Under the pieces are notes generated by a model. The model was given only the letters and a program-made list of their open reading frames with translations, ran no database searches and had not been told where the DNA came from. Source: an uncultured Planctomycetaceae bacterium (lineage in GTDB: Bacteria > Planctomycetota > Planctomycetia > Planctomycetales > Planctomycetaceae). From it: 64,000 nt of DNA. Every line of letters begins with the position of its first letter. Position 1 is the stretch's first letter. A program made the translations under genes and the position numbers. Where the stretch lies: assembly GCA_963976765.1 (NCBI GenBank), contig CAXBME010000002.1:434001-498000 (forward strand), read 5' to 3'. Below are positions 39,826-49,333 of the stretch, one piece after another.

Positions 39826-40293
39826 ATGCAGCCGTGGCAGAATGACAACTGGATTGAGCACACGCAGATTCTGCTGAACTCGTATCGTCGATTTCTCGGC
39901 GAGGAGCTGATTTCGCGGGAAGGCTCGGTTGAGGAACAGTCGCGGACATTGTTCGAGATCCCATTCGTTGTGGTTTCGCACGGAACCCAGATCGACCCGA
40001 TTCTGAATTACGGAAACCAGACGGCTCTCGATTTGTGGGAGATAGATCTCGAAACGCTGCTGCGGACGCCATCGCGAATGACGGCTGAGCCGGTGCATCG
40101 TGATGAGCGTGACCGGTTGCTGGAGCGAACGTCGCGGGACGGGTTCGTCGATGACTATCGAGGCATTCGGATTGCCAGTACCGGTCGACGATTTCTGATC
40201 GAGAAGGCCATCGTCTGGAACCTCGTGGACGACGATGGCGACCGAGTCGGGCAGGCGGCGACGTTTTCGGAGTGGGTGTTCCTTGATGAGTGA
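39826..40293 (+). CDS. Stand-alone MEKHLA (PAS-like) domain protein
   Basis: PFVVVSHG..DPILNYGN..AL.LW, PSRMTAE, YRGIRIASTGRRF.I.KA.VWN, GQAATF. Confidence 0.9.
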   Translation: MQPWQNDNWIEHTQILLNSYRRFLGEELISREGSVEEQSRTLFEIPFVVVSHGTQIDPILNYGNQTALDLWEIDLETLLRTPSRMTAEPVHRDERDRLLERTSRDGFVDDYRGIRIASTGRRFLIEKAIVWNLVDDDGDRVGQAATFSEWVFLDE

Positions 40294-42523
40294 CTCAGTG
40301 CCGATGAATGATCGCGAGCGGCGGCCGTCGCGAGTCACGACGGACCAGCAGGTCGAAAGTCCTGACTGGGAAGACGCGTTGCAGACTCCGGCTCAGTTTG
40401 TTCGAAACGTCGGACCGGAACGCGCGAAGCTGCTGGAGAAACTCGACATCCGAGTGGCACTGGACCTGCTGTTCAACGCGCCGCGGGATGTGCTCGACTT
40501 AAGTAACGTCAGAACGCCGGCTGAACTCGAAGCCGGTTTGCAGCAAAGTGTCTGCGGGTCGGTCGTCGACACGGAAGCCAGGCGGACGTCTAACGGCAAA
40601 ATCATGTCGGCAGTGCTGATTCGTTGCGGTCGAGCATTTGTGCGAGGCGTCTGGTTCAACCAGCCCTGGATTCTGAAGAGGTTTTTTCCCGACAACATCG
40701 TGCTGTTTTCTGGAAAGCCGAAAATGCGTTCGGGTCGGTGGGAGTTCAGCAATCCTCACACGCAGTGGCTCGAAAACGACGATGCAACCAGTGAAGACGG
40801 GCTACCGGTCGCGGTGATCCCCCGGTACAGCCTGACCGACGGGTTGAAAATGTACGAAATCCGTCGAGCCGTAAAGGCGGCGGTTGAGGACTACGTCGAC
40901 CTGGTTCCGGAGCTGCTTTCCGAAGAGTGTCTCAACCGGTGGAAACTGCTCGGTATTCGTGAAGCGATCACGAAACTTCATCTTCCGAAATCGATGGACG
41001 ACTACCGCGAAGGATATCGTCGACTGGTGTTTCAGGATCTGGTTGAGTTTCAATTGGCGATTGAACTGCGACGACGAGTCTGGTGGTCTGGCGTGCCGGC
41101 TCCAAAGATGCCATGCACGGCAAAAATCGACAGCCGGATACGAAGACTGTTCCCGTTCAACCTGACACCGGGGCAGAACCAGGCGATCGCCGACATTGTT
41201 GCCGACCTGAACGCCGGACGACCGATGCACCGGTTGCTGCAGGCGGATGTGGGTTCCGGCAAAACAGCCATCGCGATGTACGCGATTCTGGTCGCCATCG
41301 CCGCTGGTCATCAGGCAGTTTTGATGACACCTACCGAGCTGCTGGCGACTCAGCACTGGCAAACGATCGACAGGGCTCTGGCGCATAGCCGAGTCAAACG
41401 GCGCATGCTGACCGGAAATCTGACTCCTGGGCAGCGGCAGAAAGCTCTGGAAGAAATCCGGTCGGGCGACGTTCAACTGATTGTCGGAACTCAGGCGTTA
41501 ATCCAGAAGGGTGTTAAGTTTTCGAACCTCGGTCTGGTCGTCATTGATGAGCAGCACAAGTTTGGTGTCGGGCAACGCGCGCAGTTTTCAACGGGCACGC
41601 AGTCGCCGCATGTTCTGGTCATGACCGCTACTCCGATTCCACGCAGTCTGTGCCTGACGCAGTTCGGCGATCTGGATCTGACGACGATGTCGGACATGCC
41701 TCCCGGTCGGCAGGAGGTGAAGACGTACCGGGTTTACAACGCGAACACCCGCAAGCGAGCCTGGAAGTTTGTGCGTGAGCGTCTGCTGGAAGGCCGACAG
41801 GTTTACGTGGTGTGTCCGCGAGTCGGCGAGACCGAAGAGAACGATCTTCAACTGGAGCTTTCATTTGATGAAGAGTTCCCCGAGCTGGCCGAGAAGCCTC
41901 AGGCGATCGGGGAAGAATTGATCGGCAGTGCGGAAGTGCTGTTCGAAGATCTGCAGAAGAACGAACTGAAAGGTTTCAACGTTGGCATGGTCCACGGTCG
42001 GATGAACGCCCAGGCCAAAGCCGACGCGATGGAGGCTTTCCGCACGGGCGAGACGCAGGCTCTGGTGTCGACGACCGTGATCGAAGTCGGCGTCGATGTG
42101 TCCAATGCTTCGGTCATGGTGATTCAGCAGGCTGAACGGTTTGGACTTTCGCAACTTCATCAGCTACGAGGACGCATCGGCCGAGGCAAGCATCAGGGAT
42201 TTTGTTTTCTGTTCTCAGACGCCAGCGCGACCGACGTCGTTAAGCGGTTGTCGGCTATGGAGAAATACACCGACGGGTTCAAGATCGCCGAAGTTGATTT
42301 CGATCTTCGCGGCCCCGGCGACATTCTCGGCTCGCGCCAGCACGGCGCGCTGCCGTTGCGATTCGGACATCTCATCAAGGATCGAAAGCTGGTCGAGGAA
42401 ACCCGGAATGCGGCTGTCGAGCTGGTCAAGTCGGGCCAGTTCGATGGACCTCTGCTCGCGCCTTTGAAGTCGGCTGTGCTGGATCGGTTTGCCGAGCTGA
42501 TGGATTTGCCACGAAGCGGTTGA
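40286..42523 (+). CDS. recG: ATP-dependent DNA helicase RecG
   Basis: RLLQADVGSGKT, DEQHKFG, MTATPIPR, TTVIEVGVDV, AERFGLSQLHQLRGRIGRG, DGF.IA..D..LRGPG. Confidence 0.97.
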   Translation: MSDSVPMNDRERRPSRVTTDQQVESPDWEDALQTPAQFVRNVGPERAKLLEKLDIRVALDLLFNAPRDVLDLSNVRTPAELEAGLQQSVCGSVVDTEARRTSNGKIMSAVLIRCGRAFVRGVWFNQPWILKRFFPDNIVLFSGKPKMRSGRWEFSNPHTQWLENDDATSEDGLPVAVIPRYSLTDGLKMYEIRRAVKAAVEDYVDLVPELLSEECLNRWKLLGIREAITKLHLPKSMDDYREGYRRLVFQDLVEFQLAIELRRRVWWSGVPAPKMPCTAKIDSRIRRLFPFNLTPGQNQAIADIVADLNAGRPMHRLLQADVGSGKTAIAMYAILVAIAAGHQAVLMTPTELLATQHWQTIDRALAHSRVKRRMLTGNLTPGQRQKALEEIRSGDVQLIVGTQALIQKGVKFSNLGLVVIDEQHKFGVGQRAQFSTGTQSPHVLVMTATPIPRSLCLTQFGDLDLTTMSDMPPGRQEVKTYRVYNANTRKRAWKFVRERLLEGRQVYVVCPRVGETEENDLQLELSFDEEFPELAEKPQAIGEELIGSAEVLFEDLQKNELKGFNVGMVHGRMNAQAKADAMEAFRTGETQALVSTTVIEVGVDVSNASVMVIQQAERFGLSQLHQLRGRIGRGKHQGFCFLFSDASATDVVKRLSAMEKYTDGFKIAEVDFDLRGPGDILGSRQHGALPLRFGHLIKDRKLVEETRNAAVELVKSGQFDGPLLAPLKSAVLDRFAELMDLPRSG

Positions 42524-42541
42524 CTGTTTGGTCACGAAAGT

Positions 42542-42609
42542 GTGCCACTGGCTTTGTCGGTGCCGTTTCGAATTAGCAGGTGCAGTTGCACTGACAGAGC
42601 CAGTGGCGC
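42542..42609. repeat. REP-like inverted doublet
   Basis: gtgccactggctttgtcggtgc ... gcactgacagagccagtggcgc. The 22-nt arms differ at three positions, all G-U compatible, and each arm is also self-palindromic. Confidence 0.8.
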
Positions 42610-42718
42610 CCCCTGCTCCGGCAGCCTGACTTTAAGACGTTGTCGTTCGGTCGTCTTTCTGACGGCGACCCTGCTATTCTGCTTCTCGACGAAATTCACA
42701 ACTCCGACGGAAACGACG

Positions 42719-44107
42719 ATGGCAAAGCTCGACACTCTTGGAATCACCGTTCTTGGCGACTTCATTCTCAGTGAAGGCGTTGAGCCGATCATCGAAAATC
42801 TATTGAGAATTGGCACGACGGCTGTCGCCGTTAATCCAACGGTCACCGCACCGGCTGATGAGAACACTGGCAGCTTTCAACCACCGATCGACGCCGGCAG
42901 CAGCCCTCGAGTTTTTGATCGGCCTCTGTGGGGTAAGCATTCGCTGTGGGTTCGAGGCGGCGTCAGCTATCGGCCTCGAGAGGCGTTTTACAAGGACTCA
43001 GCTTACGCGCCTCGAAAAACGAACGACCTGACCGAGCAGTTCGGTGCTCTCATTGGGCAGTTCATTGATCGGGCCGTCGACTCCGGACTGAAGGTTTACT
43101 TTCAGATCGGGGCCGTTCAGCCGTCGGGACTGCGCGACGAGGACCGACCGCGATTGCCGGACGGAACGATCCCGGAAAACCGGATGGCCGATACGGGAAG
43201 TCTCGCCAGCGAAGCCGTGCGGTCGTACAACCGAGCCTACATTCGCGATCTGCTGGAAGAGTATCCGAGTGTGACCGGCTTCCGTCCGGACTGGCCGGAG
43301 TATCCTTGTTACACATTGGGTGAAGTTTTTCAGGACTTCGGTGATCACGTCACGAAGTGGGCGGGGCGTCGCGACTTCGATTTCGAATCGATCCGCGCCG
43401 AAGCTGGAAAGTTCTGGAACCTGCTGCATGGCCAGTCAAGCTTTCGTTGCCTGGGCACCTCAGACTTTGAACGCAACTGGACCGTCTCAGGTAAGCTCCC
43501 CAAATGGGTCAGCGAATGGCGGCGCCTCAAAGCCGCGTTGTCCGTCGATTGCCTGCAGCACTGGCGGGACGCGATCAACGAAGCTGGCGGTACGGATAAA
43601 GAACTCTCGGCCAACGCCTTCATGCCGACTTACTCAACGGTGACCGGTTTTGATTTTCCCGGCGCGGCGAAAATCTGCGATGCCGTTTCACCAAAGCTTT
43701 ACACCATGCACTGGTCGCTGATGGTCAAATTCTGGGCGGAGCCAATCCTTGCCGCGAACCCTCAGTTGAGCGAAGAGTCCGTCGTTCGATCCATTGTGCG
43801 GATAATGGAAATTGACGACGACGGGACCGGCGGCGGTTGCGTTTCTGATTATGGGTATCCCGCTCCGGACGAGCCGCACCCGATTGCCAGCGGCCCTCAA
43901 TCCCGGAAGCTGAACGACGTCGTGGCAGAAGTGGCCGGGGCGTGCCCGGTCACGCCGCTTGTTCACGGTTACGGACCGCTTGATGACTTCACTCGCCGGC
44001 TTGAACTGGTCGCCAACTGCGATGCCGTTTCAGGTTTGTGGATCAATCGGTATGGCTATCTGAGCGACGAAAAACTCGACGCCATTCGCACGACGGTGAG
44101 TCAATGA
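42719..44107 (+). CDS. Hypothetical protein, possibly a glycoside-hydrolase-like TIM barrel
   Basis: Long ORF; VRSYNRAYIRDLLEEYPSVTGFRPDWPEYP resembles GH-like barrel strands. The fold is inferred. Confidence 0.6.
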   Translation: MAKLDTLGITVLGDFILSEGVEPIIENLLRIGTTAVAVNPTVTAPADENTGSFQPPIDAGSSPRVFDRPLWGKHSLWVRGGVSYRPREAFYKDSAYAPRKTNDLTEQFGALIGQFIDRAVDSGLKVYFQIGAVQPSGLRDEDRPRLPDGTIPENRMADTGSLASEAVRSYNRAYIRDLLEEYPSVTGFRPDWPEYPCYTLGEVFQDFGDHVTKWAGRRDFDFESIRAEAGKFWNLLHGQSSFRCLGTSDFERNWTVSGKLPKWVSEWRRLKAALSVDCLQHWRDAINEAGGTDKELSANAFMPTYSTVTGFDFPGAAKICDAVSPKLYTMHWSLMVKFWAEPILAANPQLSEESVVRSIVRIMEIDDDGTGGGCVSDYGYPAPDEPHPIASGPQSRKLNDVVAEVAGACPVTPLVHGYGPLDDFTRRLELVANCDAVSGLWINRYGYLSDEKLDAIRTTVSQ

Positions 44108-46656
44108 TCTGCAATTCCGTGCGACGTGCCTCTACCGAATGCTGCGCGCGGTCCAGGATGACGATTGCCGCTCTGGTCGCTCCCGCACTTATTTTTCTGA
44201 GCGTCGGCAGCTGGTCACCGTTGCCTGGTGGCGAGAGAGAAACCGAGCCGTCGACGGATTCGAGGAGTCAGCCGCAGACCGCTCACGTCACAACACACGG
44301 AGTTGGCCGGTATCAGCCAGGACGATGGGGAACGCTGACGGTCGAGGCAGCCAATCGAGGGAATGAAGCCGCCTCGATAGAAGCGGCTGCGTGGATCGGT
44401 GGCCAGGCGAACGATCAGGTTGGGCGATCAATCTGGTTGCCTGCGGAAGCTCGCCGCACCTCGTGGATGCCCATTGTCGTACCGTCAGGCTCGCCTGATG
44501 ATGAAGACCCCATGCTGCAATGGATCGTCGTACGAAAATCCGGTGAGGGTGAAGTCTTTTCCACGGGCACGAATCAGGACCGGATCGAAACTCGCCAACT
44601 GATTACGCCAAGGGAAAACGTCGTCTTTGCTGTGATCACCGATGACGACGCCAGTCACCTGGCGAAGCTGGATCTGCTCAAACATTTGATGGAGAAGGCT
44701 CAGTCTCAAGTAACCGTGCTCACGATCGACAATTCACATTTGCCGGTGATTCCTGAAGCACTGGACGCCGTACGCGTACTGGTGGTCATGGGCGATACCC
44801 TTGCTCAAAACGCCGCCGCCACTGAATCCGTGCAGGACTGGGTTCGTCTTGGAGGCACCCTCTGGCTGATGCTCGACTCAATGAGCCATCAATCAGCTCA
44901 GACCATCTGCGGTGGGGAACTTTTCTTCACCGAGGTTGATCGAGTTTCGCTGACATCGTACTCGCTGCTTGCCGACACAAGCGCCGTGCAGCGTGTAGCT
45001 GACGAGGTCGGACTGGAACGACCGGTTCAACTGGTGCGAGTCTTGTCAGAATCGGGCAGCGTTCCAGCGACCGTCGATGGATGGCCTGCGGCGATAAAGT
45101 CTGAGTTTGGGCAGGGGCGGATTCTTGCTTCAATGCTGGCACTTGATGGTTTCTTCGTGCCACCTGGAAATCTCTTGCCGGAAAGGATCGAAAGCCAGAA
45201 TCGACAGCTTTGGGTAACAACGGCGGGGCAGGATCTGTTGTCTGAATTTGGTCGAGCCGGACCAGGCTCGCCACTTCAGACCGAGACGATGAAAGAATAC
45301 GTCACGTCACGCATCGGTTATCAACTGCCGAACCGATCAACCGGCGCCGCTGTGCTTCTCGTCTTCTGTGTGTCGCTGATCGTTGTGTGTGGCATCGTTC
45401 ACCGAATGCAGAAGCCGGCCCTCCTGCTGCCAGCTATCGGACTTCTATCGGTGCTGTCGATCGTGGCTTTTCTGCAAATGGCCGCTTCAGCCAGGACCAC
45501 AACGAACTCGGCAGCGACCATTCAAATTGTCGAGGCAACCGGCACGCAGGACCGACTCCAAGTCACTGGCGTCATGGCGTTTCATTCTCAAGGCACAACA
45601 CGACCACAGATTGAATCAACGGTCGGCGGTATGCTGAAGTTCGAACATACTGTCAGCTCGGCCTCGCCGGTTCGATCGCTCTGGTCGGATCAGAATGTGT
45701 GGAAACTGCTGAACGCAGAATTTGCGGCGGGAGTCCGACTGGCCAGGTTTCGACAGACAGTGGTCCTTCGGGAACCCGTCGTCGCTAAAGGGACGTTTGA
45801 TGAAAGCGGGTTTCGTGGCCAGCTGACCGGCAGTCTCTCCAGCAACTGGAGTGACGCCATCGTCGCTGATCAATCGGGATTTGCTTTGCCGGTTTCGATC
45901 GACGCGACCGGCCAGGTGGCACCGACCGATCGTCCTCTACCGCCGGGGCAGTACCTCGACTCTGCTTTGTTGAACGCTGAGCAATCGCGGCGGCAGACGA
46001 TGTATCGAAACATGTTCGACGCGTCGCAGCGGAGCCGGATTTATCCGTCGCGGCCGACTCTGTTTGCATGGGCCGATCTGTTGAAACTACAGACAGGCCG
46101 CGTCGACAGTGATAACCAGAGACAGACAGGGGCGATGCTGGTTTCGGTTCCGGTTGTAATTGAACGCCCCGATACTGGTATGCGAGTGCGGATTCCCGCG
46201 ACGTTTCTGCCTTACCGATCCGTTAGTCACAAACCGGTGAAATTTGGATTCGCTCCAAACTTCAGCAACACTCGCCGAACCTGGACAACGAACACATCCT
46301 CGGCAGCGTCAACTGCGCTGCTGCGATTTGAGATTCCCACAGTACTTTTGCCGCTGGCCGTTGATGGTGCGAAGCTGACGCTCAACATTTCCGCACCGCT
46401 TCGAGAGGTTGAAATATCATCAGGCCGTCTGGATTCGCTTTCGCACGTCTGGTCCAGAAACAGTCCCGTCGGTACGTTTGAAATTCCGTTTCCGGATGAT
46501 GCTTCGCGACAACTGGAAACCGACGGAGGGTTTCACGTCGCTTTGAAAGTTGGAGCTGTTCAACTGGACGAACTCGATGCAACGGACGCGGGCACGCAGG
46601 ACCGCAACTGGCAAGTTCAGTGGATACAGCTCGAAATTGAAGGCCGCATTCAGTGA
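44104..46656 (+). CDS. Large membrane-anchored hypothetical protein, probable ABC accessory component
   Basis: ATGA overlap with the previous gene; signal-like segment; GATase1-like stretch (DWVRLGGTLWL, FGQGRI); two central TM helices. Confidence 0.7.
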   Translation: MICNSVRRASTECCARSRMTIAALVAPALIFLSVGSWSPLPGGERETEPSTDSRSQPQTAHVTTHGVGRYQPGRWGTLTVEAANRGNEAASIEAAAWIGGQANDQVGRSIWLPAEARRTSWMPIVVPSGSPDDEDPMLQWIVVRKSGEGEVFSTGTNQDRIETRQLITPRENVVFAVITDDDASHLAKLDLLKHLMEKAQSQVTVLTIDNSHLPVIPEALDAVRVLVVMGDTLAQNAAATESVQDWVRLGGTLWLMLDSMSHQSAQTICGGELFFTEVDRVSLTSYSLLADTSAVQRVADEVGLERPVQLVRVLSESGSVPATVDGWPAAIKSEFGQGRILASMLALDGFFVPPGNLLPERIESQNRQLWVTTAGQDLLSEFGRAGPGSPLQTETMKEYVTSRIGYQLPNRSTGAAVLLVFCVSLIVVCGIVHRMQKPALLLPAIGLLSVLSIVAFLQMAASARTTTNSAATIQIVEATGTQDRLQVTGVMAFHSQGTTRPQIESTVGGMLKFEHTVSSASPVRSLWSDQNVWKLLNAEFAAGVRLARFRQTVVLREPVVAKGTFDESGFRGQLTGSLSSNWSDAIVADQSGFALPVSIDATGQVAPTDRPLPPGQYLDSALLNAEQSRRQTMYRNMFDASQRSRIYPSRPTLFAWADLLKLQTGRVDSDNQRQTGAMLVSVPVVIERPDTGMRVRIPATFLPYRSVSHKPVKFGFAPNFSNTRRTWTTNTSSAASTALLRFEIPTVLLPLAVDGAKLTLNISAPLREVEISSGRLDSLSHVWSRNSPVGTFEIPFPDDASRQLETDGGFHVALKVGAVQLDELDATDAGTQDRNWQVQWIQLEIEGRIQ

Positions 46657-47675
46657 CAGACAAAAAAGTTGCCACCGGCGACGATCCGGTCGTCGACATC
46701 AGGAACCTCACCAAAATGTACGGCGAGTTCACCGCGCTGGACTCGCTGTCGCTAACGGTGAACCGAGGCTCAATTCTCGGATTTATCGGTCATAACGGAG
46801 CCGGCAAGACGACGGCCATCCGCATTCTTGTGGGACAGGCCCGACCAACATCCGGCACCGCGACGATCGCCGGAGCGGACTGCGTTCATGACGCTCGTCA
46901 GGTCAAACAACTGATTGGCTACATGCCGGACAAATTTGGCTCGTACGACAACATGCGAGTTCGAGAGTATCTCGACTTTTTCGGAGCGGCTTTTGGGATC
47001 CGTCGTAAGGATCGAACGAAGCGAATCGACGAAGTGCTCGACATCACCGGCTCACGGTACATGCAGGACCGTTTCGTGGAAGCACTCAGTCACGGCATGC
47101 AGCAGCGCATCGGCATCGCTCGAACGTTGCTGCATGATCCAGAGGTGTTGATTCTCGACGAGCCTGCCAACGGTCTGGACCCGCAGGCTCGCATCGAAAT
47201 GCGAGAACTGCTGCTGAGATTGTCGGGCCTCGGAAAAACGTTGATTGTTACCAGCCACATTCTGCCCGAGCTTTCTCACATCTGCGACCGCGTCGCCATC
47301 CTGCATCGAGGTCAGCTCAAAGCGTTCGGCACGCTCGACGAAGTCACTCGTCAGGTTCAGCAGACGCGAATGATTGAGGTGCAGGTTGCCGGGCAGGAAC
47401 AACTGGCTCATGCCGAAACCGTCTTGAGAGAATCAATCAAGGATGCGTCAGGCATCGCGGCTTCACCGACTGAATCGATGTTGCGGTTCCGGTCGGCTCA
47501 GGTTGATTCCGCCCTTAGCGCGACGCTGAAACGGTTGATCGACGCCGGCGTTCAGGTCATTCAGTTTCGCGAAGTCGCCGGGAATCTCGAAGAAGCGTTC
47601 CTGTCAGTAACCCGCGAGGGGAATACGGACTCCGAGCCATTGATCCCTATTGCCAACGCGGAGGGTGAGCAATGA
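46653..47675 (+). CDS. ABC transporter ATP-binding protein (ABC-2 type)
   Basis: GHNGAGKTT, LSHGMQQR, ILDEP, SH switch. GTGA overlap. Confidence 0.95.
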   Translation: MTDKKVATGDDPVVDIRNLTKMYGEFTALDSLSLTVNRGSILGFIGHNGAGKTTAIRILVGQARPTSGTATIAGADCVHDARQVKQLIGYMPDKFGSYDNMRVREYLDFFGAAFGIRRKDRTKRIDEVLDITGSRYMQDRFVEALSHGMQQRIGIARTLLHDPEVLILDEPANGLDPQARIEMRELLLRLSGLGKTLIVTSHILPELSHICDRVAILHRGQLKAFGTLDEVTRQVQQTRMIEVQVAGQEQLAHAETVLRESIKDASGIAASPTESMLRFRSAQVDSALSATLKRLIDAGVQVIQFREVAGNLEEAFLSVTREGNTDSEPLIPIANAEGEQ

Positions 47676-49333
47676 TCGGTCGCCCAGTCATTCAACGGGA
47701 ATTCGTGGGTATGCTGCGGACGCGACGGTCGTATGTGGTGCTGATCGGCCTGGCGGTGGCGATGTCAACGCTGGTTATTGCGAGGTGGCCGTCCGATGGC
47801 CTGGTCGATCTGTCTGGCCAGCAATCGTTGCAGACGTTTCGTGTGATCTCGTTCGGACTGGTCGCCGCAGTGTCCTTACTGGTGCCGGTGTTTCCCGCCA
47901 CGTCAATCGTCCAGGAGAAACGGCGAAACACTCTGGGGCTGCTACTGAATTCATCGTTAAGGCCAACGGATATTTTTCTCGGGAAGCTTGTCGCCACGCT
48001 GGGTTTTGTGGCCTTGCTGCTGCTGGTGACGCTGCCGGCCGTTTCTGCGTGCCATGCACTCGGCGGCTTGTCGTTTAACGATAACATTCTCTGGCTGTAC
48101 ATCGTTCTGGTGATGGCCAGTCTGGAATATGCCGCGTGGGCCTTGCTGGTCAGCTCGCTGGCGACAACAACCGACGGGGCCATGCGGGCGACGTTTGGTG
48201 GCGTGTTGCTCCTGACGATTCTGTCACTGATTCCGCATTATTTTCTGGAAGGCTCGGAAGGCACTCTGGCAAGTTTCGCTACACACTTTCGAACCGTTTC
48301 GCCAATCCCGTCGATTCTGCAACTGGCAGGGCAGTCGGACCCCGGCTCAATCGGACTGCTGACGCAGGTCGACCATGTCACTGACTTTCTGGTTTCGTCG
48401 TTCGTAATCTTCTGTCTGTGCTCGGCATTGACGATCCGACAACTCGCCTCTCCGCTGCTGGACCGTTCGCGGTCAGCCGGCACGATGACCAACGACCAGC
48501 CGACCGGCATCAAGGTGCTGCGTCGACTTTTCTACCTGGTGGATCCTCAACGCCGTTCCGCCGGGATTCCGTCGTTCGTGAATCCGATCCTGGTGAAAGA
48601 GTTTCAGTGCCGACAGTTCGGACGTTCTCACTGGTTGATCAGACTGATCGCTGGCTGCGGTCTGATTTCCCTCACGCTGGCTTATGCCACAACGCTTGGG
48701 TCGTCGGAGTGGGGCGTTGAGAAAATTGGCGCGATCATTATCACAATGCAGGTTGGGTTGATCGCCGTCTTTGCGCCGGGAATCTCCGCCGGACTGATCA
48801 GCAGCGAACGTGAAAACGGCGGCTGGGATCAGCTTCGAGCCACTCCGTTATCAGCCGGCGCGATCGTTCGCGGCAAACTGTTGAGCGTTGCCTGGACACT
48901 GATTCTGCTGCTGATGGCCACACTGCCCGGTTACGGAGTGATGATCTGGATCAAGCCCGTTCTGCGCGAGCAGATTCAGCAGATCATGATCAGCCTCGCG
49001 CTGGCGATGTTGTTTGCGACAATGCTTAGTGCCACTGTCAGCAGCTGTTTCCGCCGAACCGCTCCGGCAACTGTCACTTCATATCTGCTGTTGTCGGCAC
49101 TCTGGGGAGGTTCCCTGATGATCTGGCTGGGGCGTGACAGCATTTTCGGATTCGAATTCGTTCGCTCGGCACTCGCGATTAATCCGCTGGCTGCGGCTTT
49201 AAGTATCAACCGTTCGCCCGGCTTTGCCGCCTACAACCTGGTGCCTGTCAACTGGTGGCTGATGAGTGGCGGCTCGCTGCTGTGTTTTCTCTTTCTGAGT
49301 ATTCAAACCCGGCGCCTGTCGAGACCGGAATGA
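47672..49333 (+). CDS. ABC-2 type permease with two fused permease halves
   Basis: Two copies of the pattern P...(R/K)EF...P.....I..E....T/G...L.......I..GKL; about 12 TM segments. Confidence 0.85.
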   Translation: MIGRPVIQREFVGMLRTRRSYVVLIGLAVAMSTLVIARWPSDGLVDLSGQQSLQTFRVISFGLVAAVSLLVPVFPATSIVQEKRRNTLGLLLNSSLRPTDIFLGKLVATLGFVALLLLVTLPAVSACHALGGLSFNDNILWLYIVLVMASLEYAAWALLVSSLATTTDGAMRATFGGVLLLTILSLIPHYFLEGSEGTLASFATHFRTVSPIPSILQLAGQSDPGSIGLLTQVDHVTDFLVSSFVIFCLCSALTIRQLASPLLDRSRSAGTMTNDQPTGIKVLRRLFYLVDPQRRSAGIPSFVNPILVKEFQCRQFGRSHWLIRLIAGCGLISLTLAYATTLGSSEWGVEKIGAIIITMQVGLIAVFAPGISAGLISSERENGGWDQLRATPLSAGAIVRGKLLSVAWTLILLLMATLPGYGVMIWIKPVLREQIQQIMISLALAMLFATMLSATVSSCFRRTAPATVTSYLLLSALWGGSLMIWLGRDSIFGFEFVRSALAINPLAAALSINRSPGFAAYNLVPVNWWLMSGGSLLCFLFLSIQTRRLSRPE

